A stretch of DNA of 64,000 bases, from positions 90,024,001 through 90,088,000 of the forward strand of contig OX597818.1 in assembly GCA_951406725.2 (NCBI GenBank), in the 5' to 3' direction. The notes under the pieces were generated by a model that was given only the letters and a program-made list of their open reading frames with translations, made no database searches and had not been told where the DNA came from. This stretch comes from Octopus vulgaris (Eukaryota). The position numbers were made by a program, and so were the translations under genes. This document shows positions 12,570 to 26,083 of the stretch, one piece after another (within the stretch, counting starts at the first letter, position 1; every line of letters starts with the position of its first letter).

Positions 12570-12950
12570 TCACTCTCTCTCATGCATATATCATCAAAAG
12601 TTTATTCAACTTTTGAAAACTATTGAACATTACTTGGTATTAATTCCTCTGTTGCTGAAAATTATTTTTTTCATATTTCTGCATGTGAATGTGTTTGTGT
12701 GTGTGATTGTGCGCGCGTGTGTTTATATGCTAATGTATAAAAAAAGGTGTGTGCGTGTACGTATCCTTGCATATATGTGTATGCGTGTGTCTGTGTGTAT
12801 ATGCTTGTATGTGTGTGTGTGAGAGAGAGAGAGAGTGTGTGCTTGTGTGAGTATTATGCTAAAAGATTATTGTGTAATCCTTCAATTTAATATCAAATTC
12901 TTTTGTATATAACTTGACACAGAGCAAAACTTTGTGTACGTGTGTGTGTG

Positions 12951-12990
<40 letters not shown>

Positions 12991-13011
12991 CATACATGCA
13001 TGCATACATAT

Positions 13012-13098
<87 letters not shown>

Positions 13099-13218
13099 CG
13101 CGCGCATAAATAGATGGGTGTATTTTCCCCTTGTTAACAATCAATATTAATAGTGTTCAGTTAATCACTATACATATCCATCATTTTAAAATGTTTTATT
13201 AACGAGTTTCATTTCTTC

Positions 13219-13304
13219 ACTTCCCTGAAGAGATTACATTGTTTTACACCAATTTATTCCTTTGGAATAATATCAGTGATATCTTCGAAACATGTGTCGG
13301 AAGT
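13219..13304 (+). ncRNA. Type I hammerhead ribozyme
   Basis: ACTTCC-CTGAAGA-(imperfect long stem II)-GAAAC-ATGT-GTC-GGAAGT; perfect 6-bp stem I and canonical GUC site. Confidence 0.7.
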
Positions 13305-13496
13305 AAAAGTATTTGAATTACACCTGCGTTAAACTCCATTTATTTATTTATATGTGTGTATGTATGTATATCAGTTGCACAAAGTTGCAACATGGTCTGG
13401 TTTTCACGTTTTTTTATTTTTGTACTTAAAAAGCAATTTACAATGTTGAAATGTATTAAACATTAAAAAAAATATTTTGTAATGTTCATAAAGTTC

Positions 13497-13534
13497 AATT
13501 AGCGCTTTCATACGTTCGTAGTAATCATCAGATT
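13497..13534 (-). ncRNA. Type I hammerhead ribozyme (inverted pLTR copy)
   Basis: AAT-CTGATGA-TTAC-tacgaac-GTAT-GAAA-GCGC-TA-ATT. Confidence 0.7.
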
Positions 13535-13620
13535 TCAAAATGTATTGACTGACAGTTGAGTCGAGTGACTGACAACTGTAGTAAAATGACCGACTTCTTC
13601 CTTTTTATACCTTTTAGAAC

Positions 13621-13809
13621 ACTAAAGTTCGCCAAATTCCACTGAGCGAATATATAGAAACATGTAGACAGAAAAAGTTTCTAATTTTTCCTTCCAACAA
13701 ACTACATGACACAAGTCATGATGGAAGAAAGATAAAAGAAAAATGTTTCATTAAAATGTTCAAACCTGTTCTGAACGGAAATAACAACAATAATATAACA
13801 ACCAGTTAA
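13621..13809 (+). pseudogene. Penelope-like GIY-YIG endonuclease C-terminal fragment
   Basis: TKVRQIPLSEYIETCRQKKFLIFPSNKLHDTSHDGRKIKEKCFIKMFKPVLN..*; the R..KE..FI...KP.LN motif ends PLE ORFs. Confidence 0.7.
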
Positions 13810-13983
13810 TGATGTAAATTTTAAAACATCTTTAACTTATGAATATAAATAAATTACAAAAGACTCTCACCGATTGAAATAAAAACGATCGAAGCCACCC
13901 AAGTTTTCTCACTCATAAAACCATTACATGTAAACTGCAAGCTAATTGGTTAAAATAAAGGCGGAATCTAGGTCAATAATATC

Positions 13984-14213
13984 TATTTCTTTACTACCCA
14001 CAAGGGGCTAAACACAGACAGGACAAACAAGGACAGACAAACGGATTAAGTCGATTATATCGACCCCAGTGCGTAACTGGTACTTATTTAATCGACCCCG
14101 AAGGATGAAAGGCAAAGTCGACCACGGCGGAATTTGGACTCAGAACGTAAAGACAGACGAAATACCGCAAAGCATTTCGCCCGGCGTGCTAACGTTTCTG
14201 CCAGCTCGCCGCC
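13984..14213 (-). mobile_element. SINE family B with 17-bp TSD
   Basis: Flanked by TCTA(G/T)GTCAATAATATC on both sides. Confidence 0.9.
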
Positions 14214-14396
14214 TCTATGTCAATAATATCGGTGCGTCCGGCAAGCCGTGACGTTTAAGCTGCATGCTGATTCGTCAAAACCGTATTCGAAAAATTCAGC
14301 TTGTCGGAGCCTTCTGAAAGGTATAAAACGAAAGAAGTCAGTCATTTTACTACAGTTGTCAAGCACTCAACACAACTGTCAGTCAATACATTTTGA

Positions 14397-14434
14397 AATC
14401 TGATGATTACGACGAACGTATGAAAGCGCTAATT
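14397..14434 (+). ncRNA. Type I hammerhead ribozyme (pLTR)
   Basis: AAT-CTGATGA-T-TACG-acgaa-CGTA-T-GAAA-GCGC-TA-ATT; palindromic stem III AGCGCT. Confidence 0.78.
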
Positions 14435-14530
14435 GAACTTTATAAACATTACAAAATATCTTTTTAATGTTTAACACACTTCAAAATTGTAAACATTTTA
14501 AAAATACAATAATTAAAAACGTATATATAT

Positions 14531-14940
14531 ATAGGCGCAGCGTGGCTGTGTGGTAAGAAGTTTACTTCACGATCACATGGTTCCGGATTCAGTTCCATTG
14601 CGTGGCACCTTAGGTAAGTGTTTCTACTATAGCCTCGGGCCGACCAAAGCGTTGTGAGTAGATTTAGTTGACGGAAACTGAACGAAGCCTGTCGTATATA
14701 CACACACACACACATGCATATATATATGTATATATTTGTGTGTGCGTCTGTACTTGTCGCCCACTGTCACTTGACAACCGGCGTTGGTGTGTTTACGTCC
14801 ACATAACTTAACAGTTCGGTAAAATAGACCGATAGAATAAGTACCAGGCTTACAAAGAATAAGTCCTGGAGTTGACTTGTTCGATTAAGGCGGTGCTCCA
14901 AATGACTGAAACACGTAAAAGAATAAAGCAATAAAAGAAT
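14531..14940 (+). mobile_element. SINE family A (diverged)
   Basis: Match to family A. Confidence 0.85.
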
Positions 14941-14961
14941 ACACACATATACACACTCACG

Positions 14962-14994
<33 letters not shown>

Positions 14995-15792
14995 GCACAC
15001 TTGTGTGTATGTATGTGTATGTGTGTTGTGTGTGTGTATAGTTAGCTTGTAGCAGTAACAGTACAGGCGACATAGTTGCTAATTTTTGTTACATAGGAGA
15101 CCTAATTATCACTGGAGGTCAATCAGTGTTCGATATCTTCAAGTAGGTAATCTGTCTGGTGAATCAGATTATGTCAGAAAATAAAACAAAAAGGAAAAAA
15201 AAACAACAAAAAACAAAACCAAACGAAACAAATATCCCATTGACGCAAGTAAGGAAGGACACACTGGATTATATTGGGCAATAAGCATTATACTGGAAAG
15301 AAGAAACATCTGAAAAGCTAATATTAGAATGTGTATGCACAACGGTTCATTGTACAGAAAGAGCTTCTCAGATAGTGCTTCTATGATCGACGTAATGGAA
15401 GTAGAGAGGCGTAAGGGAAGCAGAGCGTCGTAATGGAAATAGAGCAAAGGTTTTTTTTTTTTAAATCATCTTCTGATGTGTAAACAAAAGCAAACTATCT
15501 GGATATTGGACGAAGTACTCCTCGATATACAAAAATGAAGAATGCTCAAAGCTGTCAAGGTTGGAACGCCTCTGATCATTGACCAGCTCAATTAGGGATG
15601 TTCTGTGACCAAACAATAACAAGGAGAGAATATATGCATAAATGACTTGGTAATTGTTTTTATGATTTATTGGAAAAATCTATCAAAAGGTATAAAGAAC
15701 GAATAGAATCGTTATTGCTTGGATTGTTGCTGTTTTGCGTGCACACCATATATTGTAGCAGTTTTTTTGTTTGTATTTAGAAGAAATGAATT

Positions 15793-15838
15793 TTCTGACT
15801 GATGAGAGAATTCATGTCAAAACACCGGTGTCTTAGAA
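15793..15838 (+). ncRNA. Decayed hammerhead motif (G12A)
   Basis: TTCTGA-CTGATGA-GA..TC-AAAAC-ACCGGT-GTC-TTAGAA; 6-bp stem I, palindrome ACACCGGTGT. Confidence 0.6.
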
Positions 15839-16279
15839 TCCTCTGTGTCAATGAGTCGAGTGTGTTAAACACTACCGTCATAAAAGAGTAAGGATTTTCG
15901 CCTTCCACGTACACTGCAGAGACCTGGATATTTTGCGTCCGAACCATCCTAAACGTGTTAAAAACGTATAGGTAAATATTCATTCCTGGTCTTGCTGCAC
16001 ACAGTACAAACAACGATTTTATATCGGTTGGCAGACATAAGCACCGATCAGAAAACATTTTGTTCGTTGAATGTGTAAACAAAAATCCAGATGCTTGGCT
16101 TGACTCCAAAGTCCGGGATACTCCTGGCTGATGAAATACAGCATGCCGGAACATCGCTGTCCCAGTAATCTCTGCAGCAAGACTCAATTGTGTTGAATAC
16201 CCTGTTGTCATAAAAAAAGAGAAACAAGCTGATGCTCTAACAGCACTGACAATTGACTGTCCATGTATATGTGTGTGGG

Positions 16280-16311
<32 letters not shown>

Positions 16312-16419
16312 TGTATGTATGTATGTATGTATGTATGTATGTATGTGTGTGTGTATATATAGAGGTGTGGTGCTGGAGTGTGGGTGATTTCATCAAAATC
16401 AATACATGACTGGTAATTA

Positions 16420-17280
16420 TTCTTTTCTAATCTAGGCACAAGGTTCGAAATATTTGGGGAGGGGCCAGTCGATTAGATCGACCCTAGTATGCAACTGGTA
16501 CTTAACCCTAACCCTAATTTACCGAGCCCGAAAGGATGAAAGGCAAAGTCGACCTCAGCGGAATTTGAACTCCGAAAGTAAAGACAGATGAAACACCACT
16601 AAGCATTTCGCCCGACGTGCTAACGTCTCTTATTTCTTTACCGCCCACAAGGGGCTACACACAGGGGGTGGACAAACAAGGACAGACAAACGGATTAAAT
16701 CGATTATATCGACCCCAGTGCGATTTAATCGAACCCGATAGGATGAAAGGCAAAGTCGACCTCGGCGGAATTTGAACTCAGAACGTAACGGCAGACGAAA
16801 TACCTATTTCTTTACTACTCACAAGGAGCTAAACACAGAGAGGACAAACAAGGACAGACAAACGAATAAGTCGATTATATCGACTCCAGTGCATAACTGG
16901 TACTTATTTAATCGACCCCGAAAGGATGAAAGGCAAAGTCGACCTCGGCGGAATTTGAACTCGAGACGTAGAGGCAGACGAAATACCGCTAAGCATTTCG
17001 CCCGGCGTGCTAACGTTTCTGCCAGCTCGTCGGCTTTGATTGGTAATTATTACACTGATTAGGCGGCGACGTGGCAGAATCGTTAGCTCGAGGGGCAAAA
17101 TGCTTTGCGGCATTTCGTCCGTCTTTAGGTTCTGAGTTCACATTCCACCAAAGTCAACTTTTGACTTTCATTCTTTCGGGGTCGACAAAATAAGTACCAT
17201 TTGAGCACTGGGGTTAGTCAACGTAACCGACTTCCTCCTTCAAAAATTTCGTGCCTGTTGCCTCTAGTAGAAAAGAATTA
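16420..17280. mobile_element. Cluster of SINE family B: three tandem minus copies and one plus copy
   Basis: Repeated GGATGAAAGGCAAAGTCGACCTC..GAATTTGAACTC; plus copy 17061-17280. Confidence 0.85.
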
Positions 17281-18074
17281 TTATATCGATTCCGTACGGA
17301 TGAAAATCAAAATAGACCTTGACGAAATTTGAACGTTGAGCATAAAAAGACAATACTTAATAGAACAAGACAATTTACCAGAAGCTTAATGCTAAAAACA
17401 TATTGCTACCGCCATAAAAAAAACAAAAAACAAAAAAAAAAAACAAAAACAATAGACACAATCAAAAGAAACAGAAAAGCAACAAATTTTTTCACAACCT
17501 GTTCCGAGTACAACATGTCTTTAAGCGACGTGATTAAAGTAGTTAGGACTTGTATTTATTGTTCAAACCAGCTATTATATACTACCAGCTGTTTAGTATG
17601 TAAATACGTAGATGTTAATTACATTTAAGAAATACTGATGTACACAATAAGACAAAAAGAAAAGAAAGATATCATTCAAAAGATTTTAGCTTGAAATCAG
17701 GAGAATAGAGTTCATATTGGTACCTGAATGTAGGGCGCATTAATTAGTGTAGAACCGATGTATGTACCTGTAGAACGACCGTACGAAAAGGAGAGGTGAG
17801 GAATGAATGACTCCTTTAAACACCGCACGGTCGCCTTACAATAAAAGCCAAAATATGGATAAATGAATTCAAGTGCCAGAAAGGAATAAGGAGAACACGA
17901 CACAGCCGTAGAATGTTTAGAGAAAGATTTATTTATATGTTAGCAAAGTGTATGTTTGTGAGAGTGACATAACTACATAAGAACAATAATAGTAGACAGG
18001 CCGTCATGCATACAATAATGTATATGTGTGCTAGCAGAGTGTGTCTGTGTGTTCGTGAGTACGACATAAGTACG

Positions 18075-18143
<69 letters not shown>

Positions 18144-19156
18144 GACAGGCTGTTATGCATAATATAATGCGTATGTGTGTACAAACAAGGGTGTATGCGT
18201 GTGAGATAAAATACAGAGCAATAGAAAGAGTCTATAACAGGACGCTAGAAGTTCAGACACAAGATGAAGGTAAATACCAGTACGTAGTAAGGTTACACAA
18301 TAGTTAGTTCTGTACAAAAAGTTGAGGCTACAAATTGCAGAGCCGGTTGAACACATGTCGTGTAGCGGTTGTGGCTTCCATGCTGTGCCGGGTTACTTGG
18401 TACAGAAGGTTCTCGCAGGTTGAGCTAGCTGTTAATCATAGTGAAGTACTCACAAACAACGTGAAGTTAAACCTAAGCGTGTTGCTGTGTACGTATTGAT
18501 GTTGGTGGCGTCGATTAGCTGAAGGCGACGTTAAAGTGAAGGCGACGTTAAGATGAAGGCGACGGTGGTGGAGGTCTTGAATACTGCTGGTGTTGGTGTT
18601 GTCGCTGGAACTGGCTGAGTTGCTGGAACTGGCTGAGTTACTGGAACTGGCTGTGTGTCGTTGGATGCTCTGTGGTCAGAGGTTAGTTCTTACATGGACT
18701 AGAGCCAAAGACGAGATATGGTTTATTGTGACTAACTTTATAAAGATTAGTAGGCTCCAGAAAAGAATTTAGAAGACTGTTTCACGGGACCTTATCAGAA
18801 GACTGCGATTGGTTGGGTCGTACATTGGCGCGAAATAAAGCAAGAGACAAACTGCACCAAAACCAACCAATCAGAGTAGTGGACACAACAGGGCCCAAGC
18901 GGACGAAGGTTAACTGTTATCTGCTACGTCCGTATTTGTGTTAATTATGTCAGAGAGAGAGAGAGAGGATTTTATTAAGGGTCCACTACATACCCCTCCC
19001 CACCCACAGCCTGTAACCCATTCATGTCGCCCTAATTGTTTTGAGAGGTGTGGTGATTAGTATCCAAAATACGTCGTCTGTTGGAAATAACACTTCGAAC
19101 TAATGTTGAGACAATGTAAGCACATACATACATACATACATACATACATACATACA

Positions 19157-19187
<31 letters not shown>

Positions 19188-19189
<2 letters not shown>

Positions 19190-19271
19190 GTGTCTTCTAC
19201 TATAGCCTCGGCGATCATAGCCTTGTGAGTGAATTTGGTAGACGAGTAGACGGAAACTGAAAGAAGCCCTC

Positions 19272-19317
<46 letters not shown>

Positions 19318-19533
19318 GTGTGTGTATATATTTGTATGCCTGTGTTTGTCCCCCAACATCGCTTGACAACCGATGCTGGTGTGTTTACGCCCCCGTACCT
19401 TAGCGGTTCGGCAAAAAAGACCGATAGAATAAGTACTAGGCTTACAACGAATACGTCCTGGGGTTGATTTGCTCGACTAAAGGCGGTGCTTCAGCATGGC
19501 CACAGTCACATGACTGAAACAAGTAAAAGAGTA
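19188..19533 (+). mobile_element. SINE family A, 5'-truncated
   Basis: Match to family A. Confidence 0.85.
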
Positions 19534-20229
19534 ACACACAAGCCCCTTTATTCTCTCTTCTCACATATCCTGCGCATAATGTAACAGCGAATGTCGCAAT
19601 AAGTGAAGTTGGTATGGAGCTTTCTCAAAGATATGTATAGCATTCGCTAGTGGTAGCAAAACTCTTGTTTAAAAGTTGATTCTTTGGGACGAATCATATG
19701 TGATTGTTTAAAAAAAACTAGAACCTCAATGCTAAAACGTATTTGACACAATGGACAATATTCGAAATATCATAATGGATGGGTAAATAAGCATCCTTAA
19801 AGTGAAACAACGCAAAGGAAAGGTAATCAAAGGTACTAACAAATAGAAGAGAACATCACCTTTAAAGTAACTCAGAATAGGTAAAGGTAAGCTTGCCAAA
19901 GTTTAATGCAGCTTAAATATGGAGATTAAGATTGTTTGGTACTGGGTATTCACCGCGTACAGTGTTCCTAGTCAATTTAATCACAGTCAAAAATATTATC
20001 TAATGCCAACATACGACGATATAGATTAAAAAGGTATGGAAGACCCTACATACAAAAAAAACTATGTACATACAACGAATTTGGAAAATAATTAAAATTA
20101 ACAAACATTTATTTACATGAAAGAAAATGAATAGAGACATAACACGTGTTTTGCTAAAAATACATTTTTAAAAATAAATTTTTAAATTAACATAAACATT
20201 TATTTACATGAATACAAAATGATAGCTTT

Positions 20230-20505
20230 CAAATCCTGTTTCCTGACTGGGTCACCGCGCAGGTGGACAATCGAAGTAAATAAATGGACAAAATCCTTGC
20301 ACGTTTATAAAAGAATTAAAAAAGTATGGAGGACCCTACATACGAAAAGCTATGTCCATTTACATCCATTTACACGGGAGTTCAGGTTATAACCATCCTT
20401 GGCACATAACTAATGTATGCGTAAAGTTTGGAGAAAATCGGTTGAGAATTGTGGAAATGTATGCAATAGTCATTATACACACACACAGTGCGATTTTAAT
20501 GTGCT
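20230..20505 (+). mobile_element. Helitron/DINE-like non-autonomous repeat (inverted partial copy at 22832-22956)
   Basis: AAAGTTTGGAGAAAATCGGTTGAG motif then CA tract; 20260-20385 recurs inverted at 22832-22956. Confidence 0.5.
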
Positions 20506-20715
20506 ATATGTGACCTCGTGTGTACCGTTGGCGATTTTTTTCCCTCTGTCTTCCCTTCTCTGGATCTTTCCTTCTCCTATATTTCCGACGAAGAGCTCCG
20601 CTCGAAACGTTAAACCCTCCTTCTTTCCTTCTTTCCTGAGCGTCCAATAATACTATATTTGTTCCACGTCCTCGCGCTGTTGTGTTTTTTTGTGCTTTCT
20701 TGTTTGGATTAACTT

Positions 20716-20717
<2 letters not shown>
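20506..20717 (+). mobile_element. Short HHR-variant element (motif 20582-20614)
   Basis: TTT-CCGACGA-A-GAGC-tcc-GCTC-GAAAC-GTT-AAA; same family as 1710-1918. Confidence 0.65.
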
Positions 20718-20746
<29 letters not shown>

Positions 20747-20788
20747 TCGATTCGTTTCGTTTCGTTTCTTCTTCTTCTTCTCTAAGCT

Positions 20789-21145
<357 letters not shown>

Positions 21146-21150
<5 letters not shown>

Positions 21151-21470
21151 CGCAGGAGTGCTGTGTGGTAAGGTGTTTACCAACCACATGGTTCTGTGTT
21201 CAGACCTACTGCGTGGCACCTTGGGCAAGTGTCTTCTACTATAGCCTCGGCCGACCAAAGCCTTGTGAGTAGATTTGTCTCCCTAGCATTGCTTGACAAC
21301 CGATGCTGGTGTGTTTATGTCCCCGTTACTTAGCGGTTCGGCAAAAAGAGACCGATAGAATAAGTACTAGGCTTACAAAAAGAATAAGTCCCGGGGTCGA
21401 GTTGCTCGATTAAAGGCGGTGCTACATGGCCGCAGTCAAATGACTGAAACAAGTAAAAGAGTAAAAGAGT
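21146..21470 (+). mobile_element. SINE family A with internal deletion
   Basis: Match to family A lacking the microsatellite part. Confidence 0.85.
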
Positions 21471-21562
21471 ATATATATATATATATATATATATTCATAC
21501 ATATATGATCACACGCACACACACGCACGTGCGCACGCACACTCACATGCACGCATGTATAT

Positions 21563-22820
21563 ACAGTCTTGGCCAAAATTATGGACCAGCTATGAAAAAT
21601 AGAGAATACGATTGAGACACATTTACTTAATAATTAAAAACAGTATGATAAACATTCCAGAGTCCATTCCATCCATAATTAATATTTGATGTGCCCTCCT
21701 TTTGCTTTTATAACCGCTTTTATGCGTTTTTGCATACTTGAGACTAAGTTGGCGCAAGTGGCTGGGTCAATTTTCTGCCACTCTTCATGAATTTTGTCTT
21801 CTAATTAGCATGTTAAAGAACATTTGTGCACCCTCACTCTTGTGCTTAAGTGTCACCTCAATTGTTCAATGAGATTGAGGCCTGGAGACTGAAGGGACCA
21901 TTTCACCACCTTCATCTCTTTCTCCTCAAACTAACCCATTGAGACTCTGAATATGTGTTGCATGGAGCATTGTATAGGATGTTATCATTGAACATTTTAG
22001 TTGAGGAAGGTTGATAAACATGATCTAACACGCTGGTGTGCTGGAATTCCTTCTGCCTCTTCCAAATTTGACTGTTGGGACCACACATCCAGGATGATAA
22101 GCCCCCCCCTTAAATCTACAGCGAATATAAACAGCTCCAAGGGTTCCAAATATTTGAGGAGAAAAAACAATTACTGATCATTTTTGCTATCCAATAAAAA
22201 ATACGTTCAAGTGTCAGAATTTCAATTATGTCCAGTAAAGCGGTGGAAATGAATGTGGAGAACCTAACTTAAAGTTACTTTCATCAGACCAAACAAATTT
22301 AGTCCAAACATCAACAGTTTAATCTTCATACTCTTTTGCTCAAGAAAATCGCGTCTTCATATTCACCTCAGTCAACAACGGCTTGTTTCTAGCTTTACAT
22401 TCTTTGAGCCCAGCTTCTAATAACCTTCTTCTCACTGTTCGAGTTGATATGTCCTTGTTTGTTAGCACCCGAAACTCAGCAGCTACGTTAAAAGAGACCT
22501 TTTCCAAATCCAACAGAGGTGTCCTCTTTAACAACCTCGTGGTTGTACATTTTTGTAACCTCACCCTCTACGGTTTTTGAAAGAATTGGCCTCATTTTAC
22601 TTTTTGATGGAGTATTTCAATTTTCTTGCAATTCCAGCCTGGGAGAATCCTTCACTTGATAATCAAATGATTTGAGCCCTTTCAGCTTCAGGAATCTCTT
22701 TCTTCGGAGACATTTTCAACAAATATTAACCACTGATAAGTTATCAATAAGATATTCACTAAATGAATAGGAAAACTGTTTGTGTGACACAATGAGTGGT
22801 AGAAAATTCACCCAGCCACT
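21563..22820 (-). mobile_element. Degenerate Tc1-like DNA transposon (transposase pseudogene about 22713-21679)
   Basis: TA-CAGT terminus at 21563; fragments MSPKKEIPEAERAQI, ISTRTVRRRLLEAGL..ARNKPLLT, VWSDESNF, QSPGLNLIE, SMQKRIKAVIKAKGGHIKY*. Confidence 0.85.
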
Positions 22821-23506
22821 TAGTCTCGCTTAGAACTCCCGTGTAAATGAACGTAAATGGACATAGCTTTTTGTATGTAGAGTCTTCCATACTTTTTGAA
22901 TTCTTTTATAAACGTACAAGGATTTTTTCCAATTATTTACTTCGATTGTCCACCTGGAAAAGAAAGATGGTCACGTGAGGAAAAGAAGGATGGACGATGG
23001 TCACGTGTGAGCAACGAGAGAGAGAGAGAGAGAGAAAAGAGAAAGCGTGGTGGGAGGAGAGAATATATATATATATATATATATATGTATAACTACACGG
23101 GAAAGTTTTTGAATTTGGATAAGTTTGTACAAAGTGGAGACAAGAGGAATCTGACGTTTAGAAGCTGTGCTTTCGCCGAGATAGCTAGCTCGTTAGTTGG
23201 TTAATTAGTTATTTTGTTAGCTAGTTAGATAGCTAGCTAGCTAGCTAGCTAGATAGATAGGGAAATAACTAAATAGAGGGGCAGATAGGTAGACTCATCG
23301 ACAGAAAGGGCAAGAGAGAGATAAGGTGCGAGAAAGCGAGAGAGAAAGAGAGTGAGAGAGAGGGGGGAGAGAAAGAGAGAGAAAGAGAGTGGGGAGATAG
23401 AAATAAAGAGGATTGGAGGACAGAGGGAGCTATTTCCAAACGAATTTTATTTTCTTTCATTGGAAAAGTCAGTTTGAAATGTCAGATTCGGCTTCTCACA
23501 GCAATC

Positions 23507-23543
<37 letters not shown>

Positions 23544-23865
23544 TCAGGGAAATGCACTCTGTCAGTAGGATGGGTATAATAATCGAAGTGTGCAGTATTG
23601 TATATCCATTACGGCCAATCATACCAATCCTTTTGGCAAGATCGATAGTAATGGATATATTATACTGTACATTTCGACTCTATAAGTTATTTACACCTGG
23701 ATACAACTCACTCAACAAGAGCTCCCTACTCGTATGGACCATGATACCACAAAACTTGACTTGAAAAGGATTTAGCTAATCCTATCAGGTAGTGCTATTA
23801 AGTTAAACACTGCCAGGACCAATCATTGGTCGAAACATATCTATGTATATCTAAGTATATATATA

Positions 23866-24198
23866 CCTTAGGCAAGTGTCTTCTAATATAGCTTCGGGCC
23901 GACCAAAGCCTTGCGAGTGGATTTGGTAGACGGAAACTGGAAGAAGCCCGTCGTATATATGTATATATATATATTTATATGTATGTGTGCGTATATGTTT
24001 GTGTGTCTGTGTTTGTCCTCCGAACATCGCTTGACAACCGATGCTGGTGTGCTTACGTCCTCGTAACTTAGCGGTTCGGCAAAAGAGACGGATAGAATAA
24101 GTACTAGGCTGACAAAGTATAAGTCCTGGGGTCGATTTGCTCGACTAAAGGCGGTGCTCCAGCATGGCCACAGTTAAATGACTGAAACAAGTAAAAGT
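23866..24198 (+). mobile_element. SINE family A, 5'-truncated
   Basis: Match to family A. Confidence 0.85.
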
Positions 24199-24365
24199 AT
24201 ATATATATATATTTGTGTGTGTGTGTGAGTATACATATATATATATGTATATGTATATACATGTATATACATGTGCATATTAATGTGTATATATTTTTAT
24301 GCATATACACATGTATCCCATACACATACACACACAAACAAGCACACATACACACGCACGCACAC

Positions 24366-24454
<89 letters not shown>

Positions 24455-24781
24455 GAAAACAAGCTGATTAGAAATACTGACAACTTAATTCAGTATATAC
24501 CGTTCAATATGTAAAATGCCGCAAGTTTTACACACGATCAAACCACCAACTCATTAGACTTAATTATTTATGAATAATTAATGACTAGATCTGCCTCGTC
24601 CATTAAAATACTTTCACCGCTGCCAGGATGTAGAAGTTACGGTGTTTATCAAGGCCTTCCATAGAAACATTGATAAATTATTTATTTCAGATGCAGTAAT
24701 CGATGTCGGTCAGCAACATCGAATTAATAATGACCTTGTGATGTACGGTCAGTAATGTATTGCACACACACACACACACAC

Positions 24782-24845
<64 letters not shown>

Positions 24846-24956
24846 CCAGCTCTATGTTTGTCTCTATGTACATGTACTTATGTACATAAATCCACTTATG
24901 TACATATGCATACTGTCATACACCCGCACGGACACACATACGCATACACACGCATT

Positions 24957-24988
<32 letters not shown>

Positions 24989-25095
24989 TGTATGTATGTA
25001 TGTATGTATGTATGTATGTATGTGTGTGTGAGTGCGTATGTATGTTTACACATGCGCGCGCACGCACGCACTCGCACGTACACACACACACACAC

Positions 25096-25510
25096 ACGCA
25101 TGGCTGTGTGGTAAGAAGTTTGCTTCCCAACCACATGATCCCAGGTTCAGCCCCACTGCATGGCACCTTCAGCAAGTGTCTTCTACTATAGCCTCGGGCC
25201 GACCAAAGCCTTGTGAGTGGATTTGGTAGACGGAAACTGAAAGAAGACCGTCGTGTATATGGATGTATCTATGTGTGTGTGTGTGTGTGTGTGTCTTTGT
25301 GTCTGTGTTTGTCCCAATCCTTTCACCGCTTGACCGGTAATGGTGTGTTTTCGTCCCCGTAATTTAGCGGTTCGGCAAAAAGAGACGGATAGAGTAAATA
25401 CTAAGCTTTAAAATGAAATAAGTACTGGGGTCAATTCATTCGACTAGAAACCCTTCAAAGAGGTGCTGCAGCATGGCCACAATCAAATGACTGAAACAAG
25501 GAAAAGGGTA
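25096..25510 (+). mobile_element. SINE family A (diverged)
   Basis: Match to family A. Confidence 0.85.
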
Positions 25511-25765
25511 ACAGAATATATAGAGATATGAGTTCAAATTCCGACGAGGTCGAATTTGCCTTTCATCCTTTCGATAAATTAAGTGCACGTTGCGTACTAA
25601 GGTCGCGTACTAAGGCCCCCTTCCCACAAAATCTCAGGCCTTGTGCCTAGAGTTGAAAAGAATATATAGAGATATACATGCATATACATACATACAAATG
25701 TATACACACACGCACATATATACGTATGTGTGTTTACACACATACACCACACACACAGACACACA

Positions 25766-25876
<111 letters not shown>

Positions 25877-25934
25877 GTGTATGTTTCTATATGCATATCT
25901 CTCTCTCTCTTTCTCCGTCTGTCTATCTATCTAC

Positions 25935-26083
<149 letters not shown>

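Larger units (their letters stand above)
13406..14522 (+). mobile_element. 5'-truncated Penelope-like element with inverted pseudo-LTR
   Basis: About 210-bp inverted arms 13406-13617 and 14313-14522, each with an HHR; internal endonuclease C-terminus; SINE B inserted at 13984-14213. Confidence 0.8.
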
